NCBI GenBank assembly: GCA_965637545.1
Contig: OZ281500.1
Coordinates: 22,320,001 to 22,384,000, forward strand
Direction of reading: 5' to 3'
DNA from: Phallusia mammillata
Taxonomy: Eukaryota
DNA: 64,000 nucleotides
Within the stretch, counting starts at the first letter, position 1; each line of letters begins with the position of its first letter. Both the position numbers and the translations under genes were made by a program. The notes under the pieces are model-generated. The model was not told where the DNA came from. It did no database searches and worked only from the letters and a program-made list of their open reading frames with translations. Below are positions 12,801 through 27,800 of this stretch, piece after piece.

Positions 12801-15800
12801 ATGAATAATTTGTTTCGTATTGTCGTATTTTCAAAATCTTTGGCGAAGCTAGAAGTGCAATGTTGTTTTGACATGCAAAATGCAATTTAAATAATACTTT
12901 AACATAACTAGACGAAGTGAAAATTGACGCAGTCAACAACTTTTTTTATAGATCAGAAAAATCCCCACACAAAACGCTCAAGGTTACATACACAATCCCA
13001 TAATCATTTTCTTTAGCATCACCACATTAGTGAGATCCCATTGCTACTTGTTATACCGGACCAGCTTACACATGGTTTACCTACTCGCTTTCGGATAGGG
13101 TTTCTTTGATTTGTTTGCGTATGGGATTGTACCCAAGATAAGCACGACCGTGTTACACCAGTGTTCGGCCCCTTGGCGACATCAACTCAACTCTCTACGT
13201 GCCTTCTACCTGTTTACCTGCCTTTCAAAAGCTTATGCCAGCTGTTACAGCATGTCCCACTGTTTACTTGTTACTCTGCTAAATGGGCTACGTTGTGAAT
13301 GTATTGCGAATACAAGAGCTTCTTTGACGGGCGTTGAAGCACTCATGTTTATCAACCTGCTTTATGACTTACTTTTACAATGTTGAAACTTTTTTTCTGG
13401 GACTAATGAATTTATGTGTTGGTAGTTAACCTGCAGACCCTTTCATCATTATTTATTTTGGTGTGTAAAATGTGGCTTGAAAAGTGCATATTTTAATGTT
13501 TACTTAACAAAAACGTTGGTATTAAATCATCAAGCCAGTACATGATAAGTTAAAACGTTATTGTTTGCTAAGGTAACAAAATATTCCAAGGTTGCATGAA
13601 CGAAACTGGATTTTAAAATTTGCTACTTCCTTGAACTGCTAGTGACCACCCGAAAATACTTTTCGTTCGTTGACATTAAATCTCGGAAAATGCCGGTTTG
13701 ACACGACGTTTAGACGTCATGCAGACAAATCGGTCACGTGTTTATTGTTGCAAGAGATAAGAACGTCGTGGCTTGATCTTTTTTGGCGTCATGGCTGTCG
13801 CGAAAATGTATCCAATTGTTGTTTCTTCTGCCGACAAATGTTGAACACTTTCATGTGGTGCTGATGTTAGATTTTCCGAGGAGAATTTTAGCGCCATTAA
13901 CTCGCTATTGTTGCCCGATTCTGTTATGACAAGATCGCTTTATGCTTTTTACTTGGCGTTGTGTTGTGTCAGACATATCAAAGTGTGTTGATTTTGTCGT
14001 TGCTTTGTTGTATCTCTGTGGCCAAACATGGATCTAACATTTCACGTTGAAAAAGCAACAGTTCATGCCCACTTTCAAGCTAAGATCTGTTTGACAAAAC
14101 CTTCTACTTTTCATTAAATACTTCTTTCAAAACACAAATACACAGTTCAATAAACGATGTTGCCAATTCCTTATTCAAATAGAATACTAGAAAATGTAAA
14201 TTTGATTGCCAGAGGTACATAACCCTGTTTTAAAGCTAAAATAGTTTATTCTTGTAACTACAGAAGCTGACCAAACCATTGTTTAATTTTCAGTTAGTAA
14301 ATAACTTTTAGTAAACTTGGGTTATTTTTTTTCACAGCCGTGCGATCATAAGTAACCCGGATGTTGTTCAAACCACTCCGGTCTCCCACCTTTTCATCAA
14401 TGACTTTTGGGGAACTCCCCTCAGTCACAGCGGCAGTCATCACTCGTACAGACCTCTCACTGTGCTCACGTTTCGGTGAGTGTTATGGCTAGCTGTTGCA
14501 TATTTTGCTGTTGTAAGCGTGGAATATGTTTTATTGTCAAAACTCGTCAACATTTTTGCTGACATAAGCTAATAATTTGCATCACAAACTTGTAATTTGG
14601 TACAGTAAATACCGATCTGTGAGGATTCCAATTTAAAAAAGTGTAATATACTCATAATGGCATGCGTTTGCGCCAAAATCTGTAAAGTAAACAGTACAAC
14701 CGTTTTTTTACTCAGCATCTAAAGAAGTATTATTATTTTTCTAGTCTCACCCATGCACTGTTTGGACTCAACCCTTGCGCTTATCACGTGACCAACGTGT
14801 TTCTTCACGCTCTAACGACGTTCCTCCTGTGTCACGTGATCTCATCTGTCCTCCGCCTGTCGAATGCAAAAGTACTTCTAGCAGGTTTGTTTGTCCCTCT
14901 TTAAAAACTAAACCGGACACCAATTTATCGAATACTTCCATTTTTTCAAGAAACAATTTGTTGATTTTTGTTACTTCTCAAAATATTGTGGATTTTTTAG
15001 TTGTTTTTGAATTTTTGCAGAGCATTGTCTTGTATTTTAGGTTTAATCTTTGCCTTGCATCCGATTCACACTGAAGCTGTGGCTGGAATAGTTGGTAGAG
15101 CTGACGTCATGGCTACCTTGTTCTTCTTGGGAAGTAAGAGAAGCTGGTTAAATGAATTATGCTGCAAGAATATTTAGAATATTTTTACATAACTACATCT
15201 TAGTCAAAGTTGAACAGTCGGATGCAAAAACATTTTAAAATGCCTTGTTGCTTAGGGTGATTACAAGGTTAAGGTTTTAATCCTTATCAACAAATTCTAC
15301 ACGAATTACAATAAATGTCTTTACGTTTTGGAAAAAAAGATTAACCAATATTCCACTTTGTTATTTCAGCACTTCTTTGCTATCACAAAGCAACTGGAGA
15401 AACGTCACATGCTGGGGGAATACCCTTACCCGCAACTGGGTCTTTGCTTCCGAGGTCAAAAGTTCAGACACTGACGCATCGGAACAAGACGCTGAAAGGG
15501 AAGCGGAAACGGAAGTCCGGTAAACGCAACAATAGACAAATTTGGAGGGAGTGCACGATAGGGGAGCGAAGTCACACAGCGATATCGAGTAGTCTGCAAA
15601 TGGAATATTACAAAACCGACCTTGAACCTTTTAAGGTAAGAAGATTAGCTTAAAGAATTTACATATTTTTTATTTTGTCCGTAAAACGTTTTTTTACGAA
15701 CTTGTGTGTGTTCAAGAAAATTCCCATCATATTCTATTCGAATAAGAAACTGACCATGTCATTTCAAGGTGAAATCTATATCCCCAAGTTGGTTACATCA

Positions 15801-18800
15801 ACTGATTTTGTTTCTTAAAAATATGTTTCAAAATCAAGTTAATATATAAAAAATGAATAATAATAATTTTTTTTAAGTCTTCAGTTAACCAGATTTAGTC
15901 ATTCAAGATGTGCAGTGTATAGTTTACCAAATTTATACGCGTCTATAATATCTGATTTAAAATCTATTGTGTTAGGTAAACAGAGTTGATAAGTTGATTC
16001 TGAACTGTATATTGAACTGCTAGTTTCATTTTAAGCATTTTTTGAAATAATGGTTTGACAATTTCTTAGTTTTTATTAGTATTGCAAATTTTCAGCCTTC
16101 AAATTCGTATAAGTTGACACTGCAGCTTGTGGTCTTTCATGTACTGCACATTTCAAATAGATTTCATGGACATTTTTAGGTTGAAAAAGCCACAGAATCA
16201 GACGATTCTCATACGACAGCTGATACTTACGACAGCATAAGTTCTTCGTCCAGCATCATTAGTGAAGAAGACGCAACTGCTTCCCTCTTCAGCGAAATCA
16301 AACCACCAAATTCTGAACTAAAACGTCGCCAGTGCATGGACAACGCAAACAATAACGTATCCACAGAAGGCTGCACCCAAGGTTTTTCAACAGAGGTGGA
16401 TTTTTCTGGAAGGGAAGTTTTGTTTTTGGCTCTTTCGTTCGTCTTAGCCACTGCGTCTCTACTGTCGAAGGAACCTGGTTATTGCGCTTTACCAGTATGT
16501 GTCGTATACGATTTATGGATTCGTCATCGGTTGGGCATCTTTGGAGCTTTGAAGGCGATATTAAGCAAGGTTGGTGAAATAATATTATGTGTGTTTGTGC
16601 AATTACATTAGAGAAATAATAATATACCACGGGGAAATTTAACTTTAACATGCAAGTTTCATAAATGAAACCTGTCTACAAACTTGGTTAGTGAAAATAT
16701 GTCCCTTGTCTGTCAGACCTAGAAGCCGCTTAACAATGATTCAAGTCCAGTTAAACAAAAATTTGGGTTGAGCAACAATAGCAATATTTCGAAATTTGGA
16801 TGAACATATGTATATATATATATTTATTACTGGGATCAGTCCTGAAGCGTTCATGCAGACCAGCGATCACGACACACTCATATATAAATCATAGTACACC
16901 AGGTCTATTGAAGGCGTTATACCGAACGCCAAAATGAACACTTTAAGCATTTTGAAACGTCAGGTTATGACTTCATGTCGCAAAACAAATAACAGAAGTA
17001 GTTTCTCCATGTGAGCAACGGAAGAACATTGCTACTATAACCTAAACTATGCCATTGGTTCCTCCCGAACAATCTATTGTAATTGAATTTCGTAAAGCCC
17101 AGTGCGCCGAACAGTTGTGCGTGGGTTACGGGCGCCACCACTTAATATATTTTCACAGCGGGAGAGAAATTTATAATCACCGTGTCTGGTGGTCGTTACT
17201 TCTACTGACAATAGAACGAGGTTACGGGGTTTGCAGAACTTATAAGTCAATTTAGTTTTGTGGTCACATATGTTGCAAGGGCAATTTTTTGAAAAGCGCA
17301 ACTTACTAGCCCAAAAAAACGCCGCTACAAACTGTATCAAAAACAAGCCAAATTTTACTGTAAACTTATAAACTGCAACAATAAATTAATTGACAACCCG
17401 CCCAACTAGATGTCAGAAACCAGCCTAATGGGGCGAGAAAACCGCAACCCTGACAATCGCGGCCGCCCTTTAACAAAGTTGTAAAACTTTGATTCAACTT
17501 AAAAACCTTTAGCTTGTTTTTTTTTCGAACGGAGGCTCCCTGGGAATTATGTTAGCATTTAATCTCAAAACGTATACGTCCCGGTAACATGGTTGTCGAC
17601 CCCTGGTCTAGATGTCTTAAAAACAAAAAAACGGTGCATTCAATGGCTTTGGGCGCAGGACAGTGCCTAACGTTAAATTTCTTACATTTGAGTGGATGTT
17701 TGCATCATATTTTTACAAACGGGAGCATCTTTTCGAGTGTTTACTGACCTTTGACTGTGACGGAACGGTTCTCCACGCAGCGGGTGTCAAATGTAACGCT
17801 TGTTAATTTATTTAATCTCACGTGGCGCTTATCAAGTGTGATAATGTAAACATTCTACCACAATGACAGCTGCTATATATATATATATAGTTCCCTATAG
17901 GGAACTGTTTTTTTATTGTTGACCTTTATGGCCATAAAAGTTCTATTTTAAGCTCCCTTGTTTCACCACAAAGCCTTAAATGTGGAAGTATGTTTGATAA
18001 TTTTCATCAAAAGCTAAAAGAATTGTCAGCTAGAAAATTTCTTGCATTAACATAGCATGAGTTACTACAATTTTGTCGCGACGCTTATACGGTTTATTTT
18101 CAAGTATAGGCTTTAAAACAAAACACATACAGATATAGAAGCATACGTTATAGCATTAATTTAAGGTAATTGTAAGTGCCGGGCTTTCTTTTTTTGCTAT
18201 ATCCCCAATTTTTTTCTTTATAAATACTATTTAGGCAGAGAGTGAAAAATGAACTGAGGGGTGGTTTACAGAGAAATATAGCGGGCGATTTTTTCCGTGA
18301 CCTTCAATTACCGGGCCAGTTTGACCTTGAAATCAGCGCATCGACCTCTAGGGTACCATGAAGTTTACATTCAAAACTTTTTCCGCAGGCGAAACTGTCA
18401 CAAAAAGCGTTGACTGGCCCGCTGTTGGTTAACATATGAACCATAAAATAATGGCTAGTGTTATTTAATAACATCTGAAGATAATTTCTTCAATGTTGTA
18501 TTGCCTGCTTACATAAACGGCGCCAGTTCAATTCAACGGTTTTTAAACTGCTATGAAATTTAAAAAAATATGAATCTACTAATTATTGGGTGAATTTACA
18601 GTTAAATTTTTATCGTTGTGTCATAATTGTGGATATTTAGACCTAAGTGACCCCATATGCCTTTGTTTCATTTTGTCTGTTTTCACAAATTCCTTTTACG
18701 TTTTAGATTGTAATGTTTTAGTTTAAAGGAAAACAGTCTCAAATATCGCGTTAGTCATACAGTAAGCGCCTATATACCTACGTTAACCCTTATTTCCTAT

Positions 18801-21800
18801 TTTAAACAAACCTAAAATGCTTCCAATTGTTCAAACCAAATAGTCTGAAATCAGACCGTTCTCTGCAAGGCTCATTAGACAAGTGGCGACAAATCACGCC
18901 TTATTTATAAGCACAAACAAACTGGGCCACGAAATGACTCAGATCTCGCCATCCCCAAAATGGCATCCACCTGTCAGTCGGTAAAGAGTGATGGATGAGC
19001 TGTGGACGTATCGTTACCTGACGCAGCAGGACAGTGAAAAACGTCTGCCCCACACTATGTCTAGCTGTACATTTTAAAGCGGGTTTTTAAACTAGGTGCG
19101 GTGCATAATAAGTAGTATTTGTTTTTTGTTAAAAATCTTATTGTGGCGGAACAGAATAAATGTTTTCCTCACGAAGTGAAAAGGCACACATTAAATTTCG
19201 TTTAACAATACGATTGTATATCAGTTTGTTTCGAAAAACGTGTGACTTGTCTCAGCGTTTTTTTGACACGCTTTTACCATTTTAATGCCAAAGCTATTTT
19301 TTTTAAGAAATTTCAAATTTAGGAAGAAGCGACCCTAAATGAACACAAAATAACGACAAAAACACCAATAAAGCAACAATCACACGGAAACAGCAAAATA
19401 AACAAAACTGTTTTATGTTAAACTAAGCACTCATCATATACTTGCTATTTTTTTAAATAAAGTTTTAACAGGTTGTTAATAAAACTGCGAAATGAATAGT
19501 TTGCAGGCGCCGCTGAAAAACACTAACTTGGTGGCCCACTATAATTGTCATCAATTTGTGTCAGAAAGGTTACTGACACGAAAACCATTTGCCAGTGTCA
19601 CATCAGTTCTTTGCACCTGCTTCTGCCATTGCTTGTTGTTTTTCCAAGTAAGCCTCAAGGCTGTTGTCTGCTTGGTTGTGTTTTTTCCCCGGAGGTTTTG
19701 ATTAAGTGCGGTGATGTTACTGTGCATCAATACGAGACAAATCCTTGGCACCGCTTGTCACAATGTTTTTCTTGCAATTCTGAAAAATCTGTTAGTGTGT
19801 TGTATTTTGGTGAAGCTATTTTTCTTTCAAACGTAACAAATCGGTTTTGCTTAAATTTAAAATCAGTTCTTTTTTACCAAAATACCGTCATCTTTATCAA
19901 ACAATTTGTTCGGGCAGTTAACTAGTTGCTTACACCATAATCACAATGGTTGTCCTGCACCCAACGCTTGTATCACACTTAAAATCAGAACACATTGAAT
20001 CGCCAATCCTTATTCAAATAGAATCAAATTTATCTTGTGCGTGTGCTTTGGGACTATTTCGGTACGTTCACACTATTCAATCTGTTTTTAAGTTTAATGT
20101 AACCAAGTTTTCTTTTGTATTTTTAGGATCCAAAATGGAGAGCTCTTCGCATCCGCATCTTTTCATCACTTTTCTTCACAACATTCCTCATAACAATGCG
20201 TATCATGCTTCCGATCATCTTATCAGAAGGAAAAAGTCGCGTCCCCGGCTTTTCGCCATCGGATAACCCGGCGGCGGCGTGTGAAAATTTCCCAAGTCGC
20301 GCTTCAACATTCACTTACCTGCTCGCCGTAAACGCCGCCATGTTGGTTTTTCCAATCAGGCAAAGTTTTGACTGGAGTATGGGATCGGTCCCTATAGTGG
20401 AAAACTTTTCAGATCCAAGAAACTCTTGTACTCTTGCGTTTTTTGCAACATTTTTATGGCTTGTTAAAGTTGTTTGGGATCACTTGAGAAAGTTGGATGT
20501 CGGTGATGATGTAAGAATTGATGATGATCACAACAATCTGAGACGTTATAGTTCCGCTAGTAGCTGTGATGAAGAACATTCCATGGAACAGAAAAAAAGC
20601 AAAGATCTGTTTCCAGTAGTAGAGGTCAAAGTTCACCACTTGACACATTCAGGTGAGCTATTTTTATGCAAATTCTTTTTTCAAATGGGATTTGTTCTGT
20701 TTTTTCCTGATTTTTCCCAATTTATTATGTTTGTTTTTTTAATTGCATGCTTTGCTTTTTCTAAATGTTAGTCTGTTTGCAAATTTAGGGCATTTTCCAC
20801 AACATTAAGTCAAACAAAATGATTTTTTGCAATAATAAATCAGGATTTAAAAAATTATTCAACATTTAGACCAGATTTTTCAATTTGTTTTCTTTTGATG
20901 TAAAATGGCTTTAAACCAAGGAGAGTTAACATTTTCCATTAAAATTACAAAAAAAAATTAGACTCCCTCTCATCAGCAGCCAGCATCACAATCCTCATTT
21001 TCTCTCTCATCACCATGCTCTTCTCCTTCCTCCCTGCCTCTAACCTCTTCTTCTACGTGGGATTTGTCATCGCTGAACGAGTCCTCTATCTTCCCAGTAT
21101 CGGGTCAACCCTCCTTATCACCCAAGCGATTTTCCTGACTCGAGATTACATGCGTAGGAGATATCCCAACCTTGGGTAAGTTTGACTGTGTTTAGTTTTG
21201 TTATCATAAAAATATGTTTTATTTTTGAGTTTTAATTCATTTCCATGATGAGAACACTTATGGTTTTTGTCAGTATTCTGTAGGCCAGCAGTTCTCAAAC
21301 TGTGCGTCTCGACGCCCTGGTGCGTCGTTTGAATTTTCCAAGGGCGGCGCAGAATAGTTCCCTTTCGTGGCTTTTTGTTGTTGTATCAATAAACACAAAG
21401 TTTCCGCATTAACTTTTATTTGCTGGTGCGTCGCAAGTCCAGAAAACTTTTCCAGGGGCGTCGCAACAAAAAAAAGCTGTAGGTCAGTGGTTTCCAACCC
21501 CTTTTTTGACGCGACCCAAATACTTCCCAAAATTTTGTTTTGAGGTCTCTCGCGACCCATGGACATACCTTCTTACTATTTTGGTTGTATTTTTGTCTCT
21601 AAATCACGAAAGTTTTTGAAAAATTACTACGCCAGTTTTGAAAATTAAATTATCAAACAAATAATAATCGTTTTATCGACCAAACATTTCCATTTAGCCC
21701 GAACTTGAGAACTGGTTCAAAGCATTATCAGCCAGACAACGCTCAACAGTGATCTAACACATATTTTATGACGTCACAAACAGAATTACCTATTATCACA

Positions 21801-24800
21801 TCGTGTTGTCACAAAATTATTATTTGGCAACAATTTAAAGTCTTGGGAAATAAAATAATAACACTACGAAACAAAGTTAAATAGTAGATGTTTTTGTTAA
21901 AAAAAACAGGCGACCCATAGGTTGGGAAACACTGCTGTAGGTCACTATTTTATACCCACGTTTTGGCCCACAGAAGTGTGTTCAAAATTAAGCATTGTAC
22001 GTATGTACTGTAACGTTTTAAGCCATTAATTTCCCCGCGGATCTCTAAAACTTAAGTTTTTTATTTTGTGTTATTTCTAAAATTGTCTTGTGTTTTGCAG
22101 GTCTCATCATTTCGTATTCAAATCCGTTCTTTTCTGCGCTTTAGCTTGTCTTGCATCGCGAACTTGGACACGAAATTACGCCTGGAAAAATGAATTGAGT
22201 TTATACAGGTGTGTTGATATACCTCACATTATAAATTAATTAAGCTTTACTGTTTCGAATATCTACTTCCATTTTTATTAATGCAAACAGAACAACAAAT
22301 ACTTTTGATTGTCATCAAAAAACATTAGATTATGATGATATTATTAAGGCAATATTATTGGTATTAAGGCAAACACCATGGCCGCTTATGTACAAATATA
22401 AGCTTACGTCTTAATAAAAAAACAACCTAAATGTACTTTTTCCGACTTATAACTCAACTGCGATTGCGTGTTGTGCAGTAACCTCGCCACACATGCATTT
22501 CCCACAAATGTTAATGCAATCATTCACTTGTCAGTTAAGCCTTTGTCTGTCACACCTGGCTTTAAGGTAATGGCTTCGTTCTATCGGCCCACCCGTGTTG
22601 CTGTAAGTCTTCGTCTTGATGGATTCTTCCAACCAAGCCCCGCTAATATTTTGACTAAAGTTAAAGTTTTATGATGTGTAGAAATGTATGCGTAACTGAT
22701 TATCTAATCCGTTAAGTTTTTGGTTAAGGGCAATTTATCAATTATGAGATTGGGAATTTAGGCAATGAGGTGTAAATAATCCAGCCTAATACAAGTAAAT
22801 TATCTGAACTTATGTTTTTAACCAAATAAGTTGGCATTTTTAGCTGAAACTTTTTTGGCGTTTTTTAGGTATTTTGATATTCTTAAAAAACTGTTGTAAT
22901 ATTTAGAACGATATTATCTTTGAATGGTGTTGTAAAAAATAGTGTAACCAAGACCAATGCTGAAAAAAGTGTCAAAACTTATTAAATATATTTTCGGCTA
23001 GAATGCTTATATGTGTGTATTTTGTTTTCAGTTCGGGAATTGATGTGAACCCAGCTAAGGCGTGGGCCAACTTGGGGAACGTCTACCGCTCTCAAGAATT
23101 ACGTCACAAAGCAGAGGAGGCCTACGTCGCAGCGCTACGTCATCGACCAAATATGGCGGACGTTCATTACAACCTGTAAGTTAAAGCAGTTTTTACGTCG
23201 TTTAAAATTTTGAACGAATTGTTATGTATTGTATTTTTCGGATTGTCTTCTGATGACAGCAAGAGTTTAAAACCCTGTTGCGCAGTATTTTGTCCTAATT
23301 CTGGGACCGTTATGTAGTTTTTGGCCTAAAATTTGTCAGCCGAAATCCATGTTTTTAAACATTCAACCAACATTGCTATAAAAAATTGGTGTAATCTTTG
23401 AGTGTTTGATCAGTTTTCTAGATTTTAGCAAAATATTTTACCACAATCTTAGCAAAAACTGGAACTAGTTTGCATTTTAAAGAAGTAAATCTTTCTCCGA
23501 CTAATGAATTATTGTGAAAGCGGTGATTTAAATATGAGGGATGCGCAGGAAACAAAAACCGTGACCTTGAAGGTGACGAAAAATGTACGTGATATTATAA
23601 CCGAATTTGAGACCGAAAATATTATTCGTGGGATTAGAAAATATGTGCAGATGGATTTGCGATGGGGATGCGTGGTCTTTGGCCTTTTTCATGAATTTGC
23701 CTGGCCCAAATGAACACTATATTTCAGGAACTGTAACTTTTCCTAAAAACACACAGCGTTTAAAAGTGTATTTTTTGTGTTGTTATAGTTATTGAAAAGC
23801 TTCAACAATTTAGTTTATTGGGACAATTTAAAATCGTTAAGGTTTTTTTTTGAAGTTTGAAAAAAATAATATCGCTATGTTTAAAAGGAAATCACTGAAT
23901 ATGAAAGTATGTTTTAAAAAAATTATCAAAACTTATATATTTGTCTCAAAGGCATCGTCGGTTTATTATTCAAATAGAATCTATAGAAACCTAAAACAGA
24001 TAAAAAACAACAGAGTTTTAAATAAAAACGAATCAGAAACTTATTTAATTTTTTTGCAACCAAATATTATGTAAACAAATCGAGCCTACTTCAAACCAGT
24101 CATCAACACTTCACAAACAATAGTTTTGCCTGAAATCTGCCTCAAAAAGCACGGAGGCATTTCGGCTGAATCAGAACAAGATGTCAACCCAGCAGCAAAA
24201 ACCAATCGATCAGACCCTTCCCATGGATGCGTGTTAATGAGCCATGAGGCGTTTGTCGTTAGAATCGGGGTCGTTGGACGTAATTACGAGTTGCCTTATG
24301 TGAATGAGTCAATTTTTGTGTCGAATTTTTCAGTTTTTTTGCCTACGTTTTGTTTTGTTTTGTTGAAAATTTGTTGAACAACCTTTAGACAACTGTTTTT
24401 AAAACCAGTTTGTTTAAAACCCATTGCCATAGAGCTTGTACGTATTGATATAAATTTGATTACAACATCAGTTGTTGAAACATTAACAAAAATGTATTCT
24501 CTGTATAACAAGTTCTCAATTTGTTTTCAAATTTGTTGGCAATTTTGTTTTTTAATCAACCAACACACAGACATTGAACAACACCTGATTGCAAACATCC
24601 AAAGTTTCACCTCATAAAAACAATAAATATCGGTCTACGATTTTGTGGCGATATTTCGGCAATTTTAGCTGATGATATAACCCGGCTAATATTCCGTGCT
24701 TGTGTATTTGGTTAGAATCAAAGATATAGATATCGTCGAAGTTTGTGCAGTCAAGTACTCCTAAGTTGAAAATATTGCATATTTTAACGCAGTTGTGACA

Positions 24801-27800
24801 CCTGGCGGCCATTTTGTTTTGTTGCTCACAGCGATTGGGTAAAAGTTAGCCAGAACACAAAATTTTGAAAACCTTTGCCAGGTTGATTGAAATAAAATAA
24901 GTAAAAATGATCTTCACAATTTTTCACAAAAGAAATAATAAAACATTACATTAGGCTTTCAACTAACTTTAACACATGATCTTACAAACACTGTGGACAC
25001 TTTATCACGCATTTGCAAAATCACATTCAAAACTTGCGTAGTTTTGCTTTTAACTTTTCGTACAGGGATCTTTTATGACCCGAGCAGCCACAAACAATCC
25101 ATTCTTTGACGCCACGACAACAGAACCCTAATTACTTGCCTTTTATGTGAAAACAGAGGGCCAAAGCACTCAACTATAAACTGTGGGAACGCGTAGGCTT
25201 ATGTTGACAAGCGAAATACCCGCAATTCTTTTCGTATGTACGTTCACAACCGTGCGTCCATTCTTTCGCCATTGTAACCCTTCCGTCGTGTTTACATCAC
25301 TGCTCGCGCGCAACCTCTATGACGTCATAGGTCAGTTGTTCTGTCACGTGTCGTTTTCGCTCCAGCGAGTCCGGATCGGGTTTCCTCTTGCCGCGCGGTG
25401 GCGTGCTTGTTTAGTAAACTTCGCGCTGTTGTTTTTGCCGGGTGCTGACGCTGCGCTGATGGGATAAGGCGAGGATTAGCTACGAGATGATTGGAGTTGT
25501 GCAGTTTGTTGTTTGACCAAATTTGTTTGATTTGGCCGCGTTTTAAGGGGCCTCGTAGCTTACAACAGGCTTGTTGGACTTAAGTTTCGACTTGATTGGA
25601 TAAGAACAAAAACTGGTTAGTATTGATTTAACTTCTAGCTCACAAGTCACAACACTTCACATCACTTTGCCACAATGTAAAAAAATCCTAACTTCGGTTT
25701 AAAAACGTTTAAAAGCCCCTTTACTTCAGTGTATGTTTTAAAGGCCTTTCTTCACTATAAACTATAAGCATGTGCTCAAATACAAAGCAATGTGAGCTGT
25801 TACTTGTACAATAGCTGCATGGTTAGGAACATTGGATAAACCTTAAATTCTCAGAAGTTTCGTTGTTTTACATATAACAATTGTCCATTCTTGATGTCAT
25901 TTTAAAGTCTTTGTGTCTTTCATACATTTGTTTTTGTTTTCTTGCAGAGGTGTTCTTTACCAAGAAGAGAAACGATATCGGGAAGCCGAACAACGATATA
26001 TTGACGCGATAAAGTATCGCCCCAAACTTGTCCTGGCTCATCTCAACTTAGGCGTCACACTGAGCGAACAGGGACGAAAGCAGGAAGCCAAAAAGGTAGG
26101 AACTTTTATAATATTTTGCGGAAATTTTACAACCTTTGACTTTAGGTTTCTTAAAATTTTATCGAACCTAACACAATTTTACTGAGGTACGTTTAAGAAG
26201 ATCGCAATTTATTGACAAATACAAACTCTTGTAGTCTTGAATATTAGTAAGTTCAAATATTGCTGACATTTGATTAAGTAAAATCAAGCTTGTTTGGCTT
26301 GAATGCATACGAGAAACTTCAACTAATGCTGGATTTGTGCTCAATTAGGCTTTAGTATTATATGCGATGTCTTGGAAAAGCTCATTGTCTGTTATACCAC
26401 GGAAAAAGTTTTTGTAGTAAGGAGGCTGAAAAAAGAAAAATGTTAAACTTTGTTCAGTGAGATGGTGTATTGAAAACCTTTAACGTTGTCTTTGGATATT
26501 ATAACTTGATAATCTCCTCGTATCTAGAAATGTCAAGCAGTGTGACAAGTGTAAAGTGAACAAACATTTTTTAATTGTTTTAGTTTCTTAAGCGGGCTTA
26601 ACAGATTTATTGTGTACAATTGAACTTTTGTTTTAACTGAATGAAGTAGAAGCAAAAACTGGTTGATTGAAAATAATTCATTTTTCTATAAAGTACATTT
26701 TTCAGTCCACTTAGCACACAGACTCACAATTTGACTGTGTGTTTTGGCAAACCATTTTTTTACACAGCAACAAGCTATTGTTAATCTCGACTGAAAATTG
26801 TCTACTTTTTGGCTGGATGTTTTTTACATTTTTTCATATGACTCTATCTTCTGACACACAAAGCGAGTTGTTTCTTGTCATATTATCAACACTGTGGCAA
26901 ACTTGTAACAAAAACAAACAAACATATCAGAAAAGCTCATTGCAAAAAAAATGCGACGGTTGATCGAAATGATGAAAAACGGAACGTAAGGTAAGGGGAC
27001 GCGAAAACTGCATTGGAATAAAATGAAGAGAAAAAGGTTTTGAAGAACAAAAATGTAAATTTCAAAATGGCGGCGCATGCTTGACAAGATTTCATCTTAA
27101 AAAATTGGAACGTTTTGCATCATAATATTTCAAAACGGAAACCTTGCAACATGATATGTTCACTAAAAATTCACCATAAGCAAATTGCTTTGTATTTTGA
27201 ACCCTACCAAACAAACCAACAAAATTAAAACGCAAAATGCTGTTTGTTTAGTCAATTCTGAAAACCCCAAAACAAATTTGATTTGATCTAAAACTGCAAA
27301 TTTTTTGACTTACTTCCACACCAGTGAATGCTCACAATAAGCCACCCTATCTTTCCATATTGCTTTAGCCAGCATTTGGACACCATGGCTACCAACAACC
27401 TACAAAGGGTAAAGAAAAGCAATCAAAGTCTTTGCGGAATTGCACTCGGTCGTCTGGCACTTTCCCACCAAGACGATGGATTCCACGATCTACTGTTTCT
27501 TATCCCGCTAGTAATGCTCATCTGTGAGCCCGCGGTGTCCATATGCCCCCTAGAGCAGCAGCCTAATCTCCAGCAATACTTCAAGTCGTGAAGCATTCGC
27601 CTGAACTCCAATCGGTACTTCGGGTTAAGAAAGCCGTAAAGAATAGGATTTACCACTGCATGGCACCAAGACAGCATTCCGGCAGCAAATTTTACTGTAG
27701 CTGTGATGCGGATCTTTAAAATCCCTGCAAGGACACTGATGACAGATGTAGGTAGGACACAAATAGCAAAAGCAGCGCATATAATCAGACCACTGTAAGC

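Noticed and set aside
25066-25130. Alternative TMTC2 exon after TTTTCGTACAG
   Set aside because: In the required phase it reads L-D-L-L-stop with no TPR similarity.
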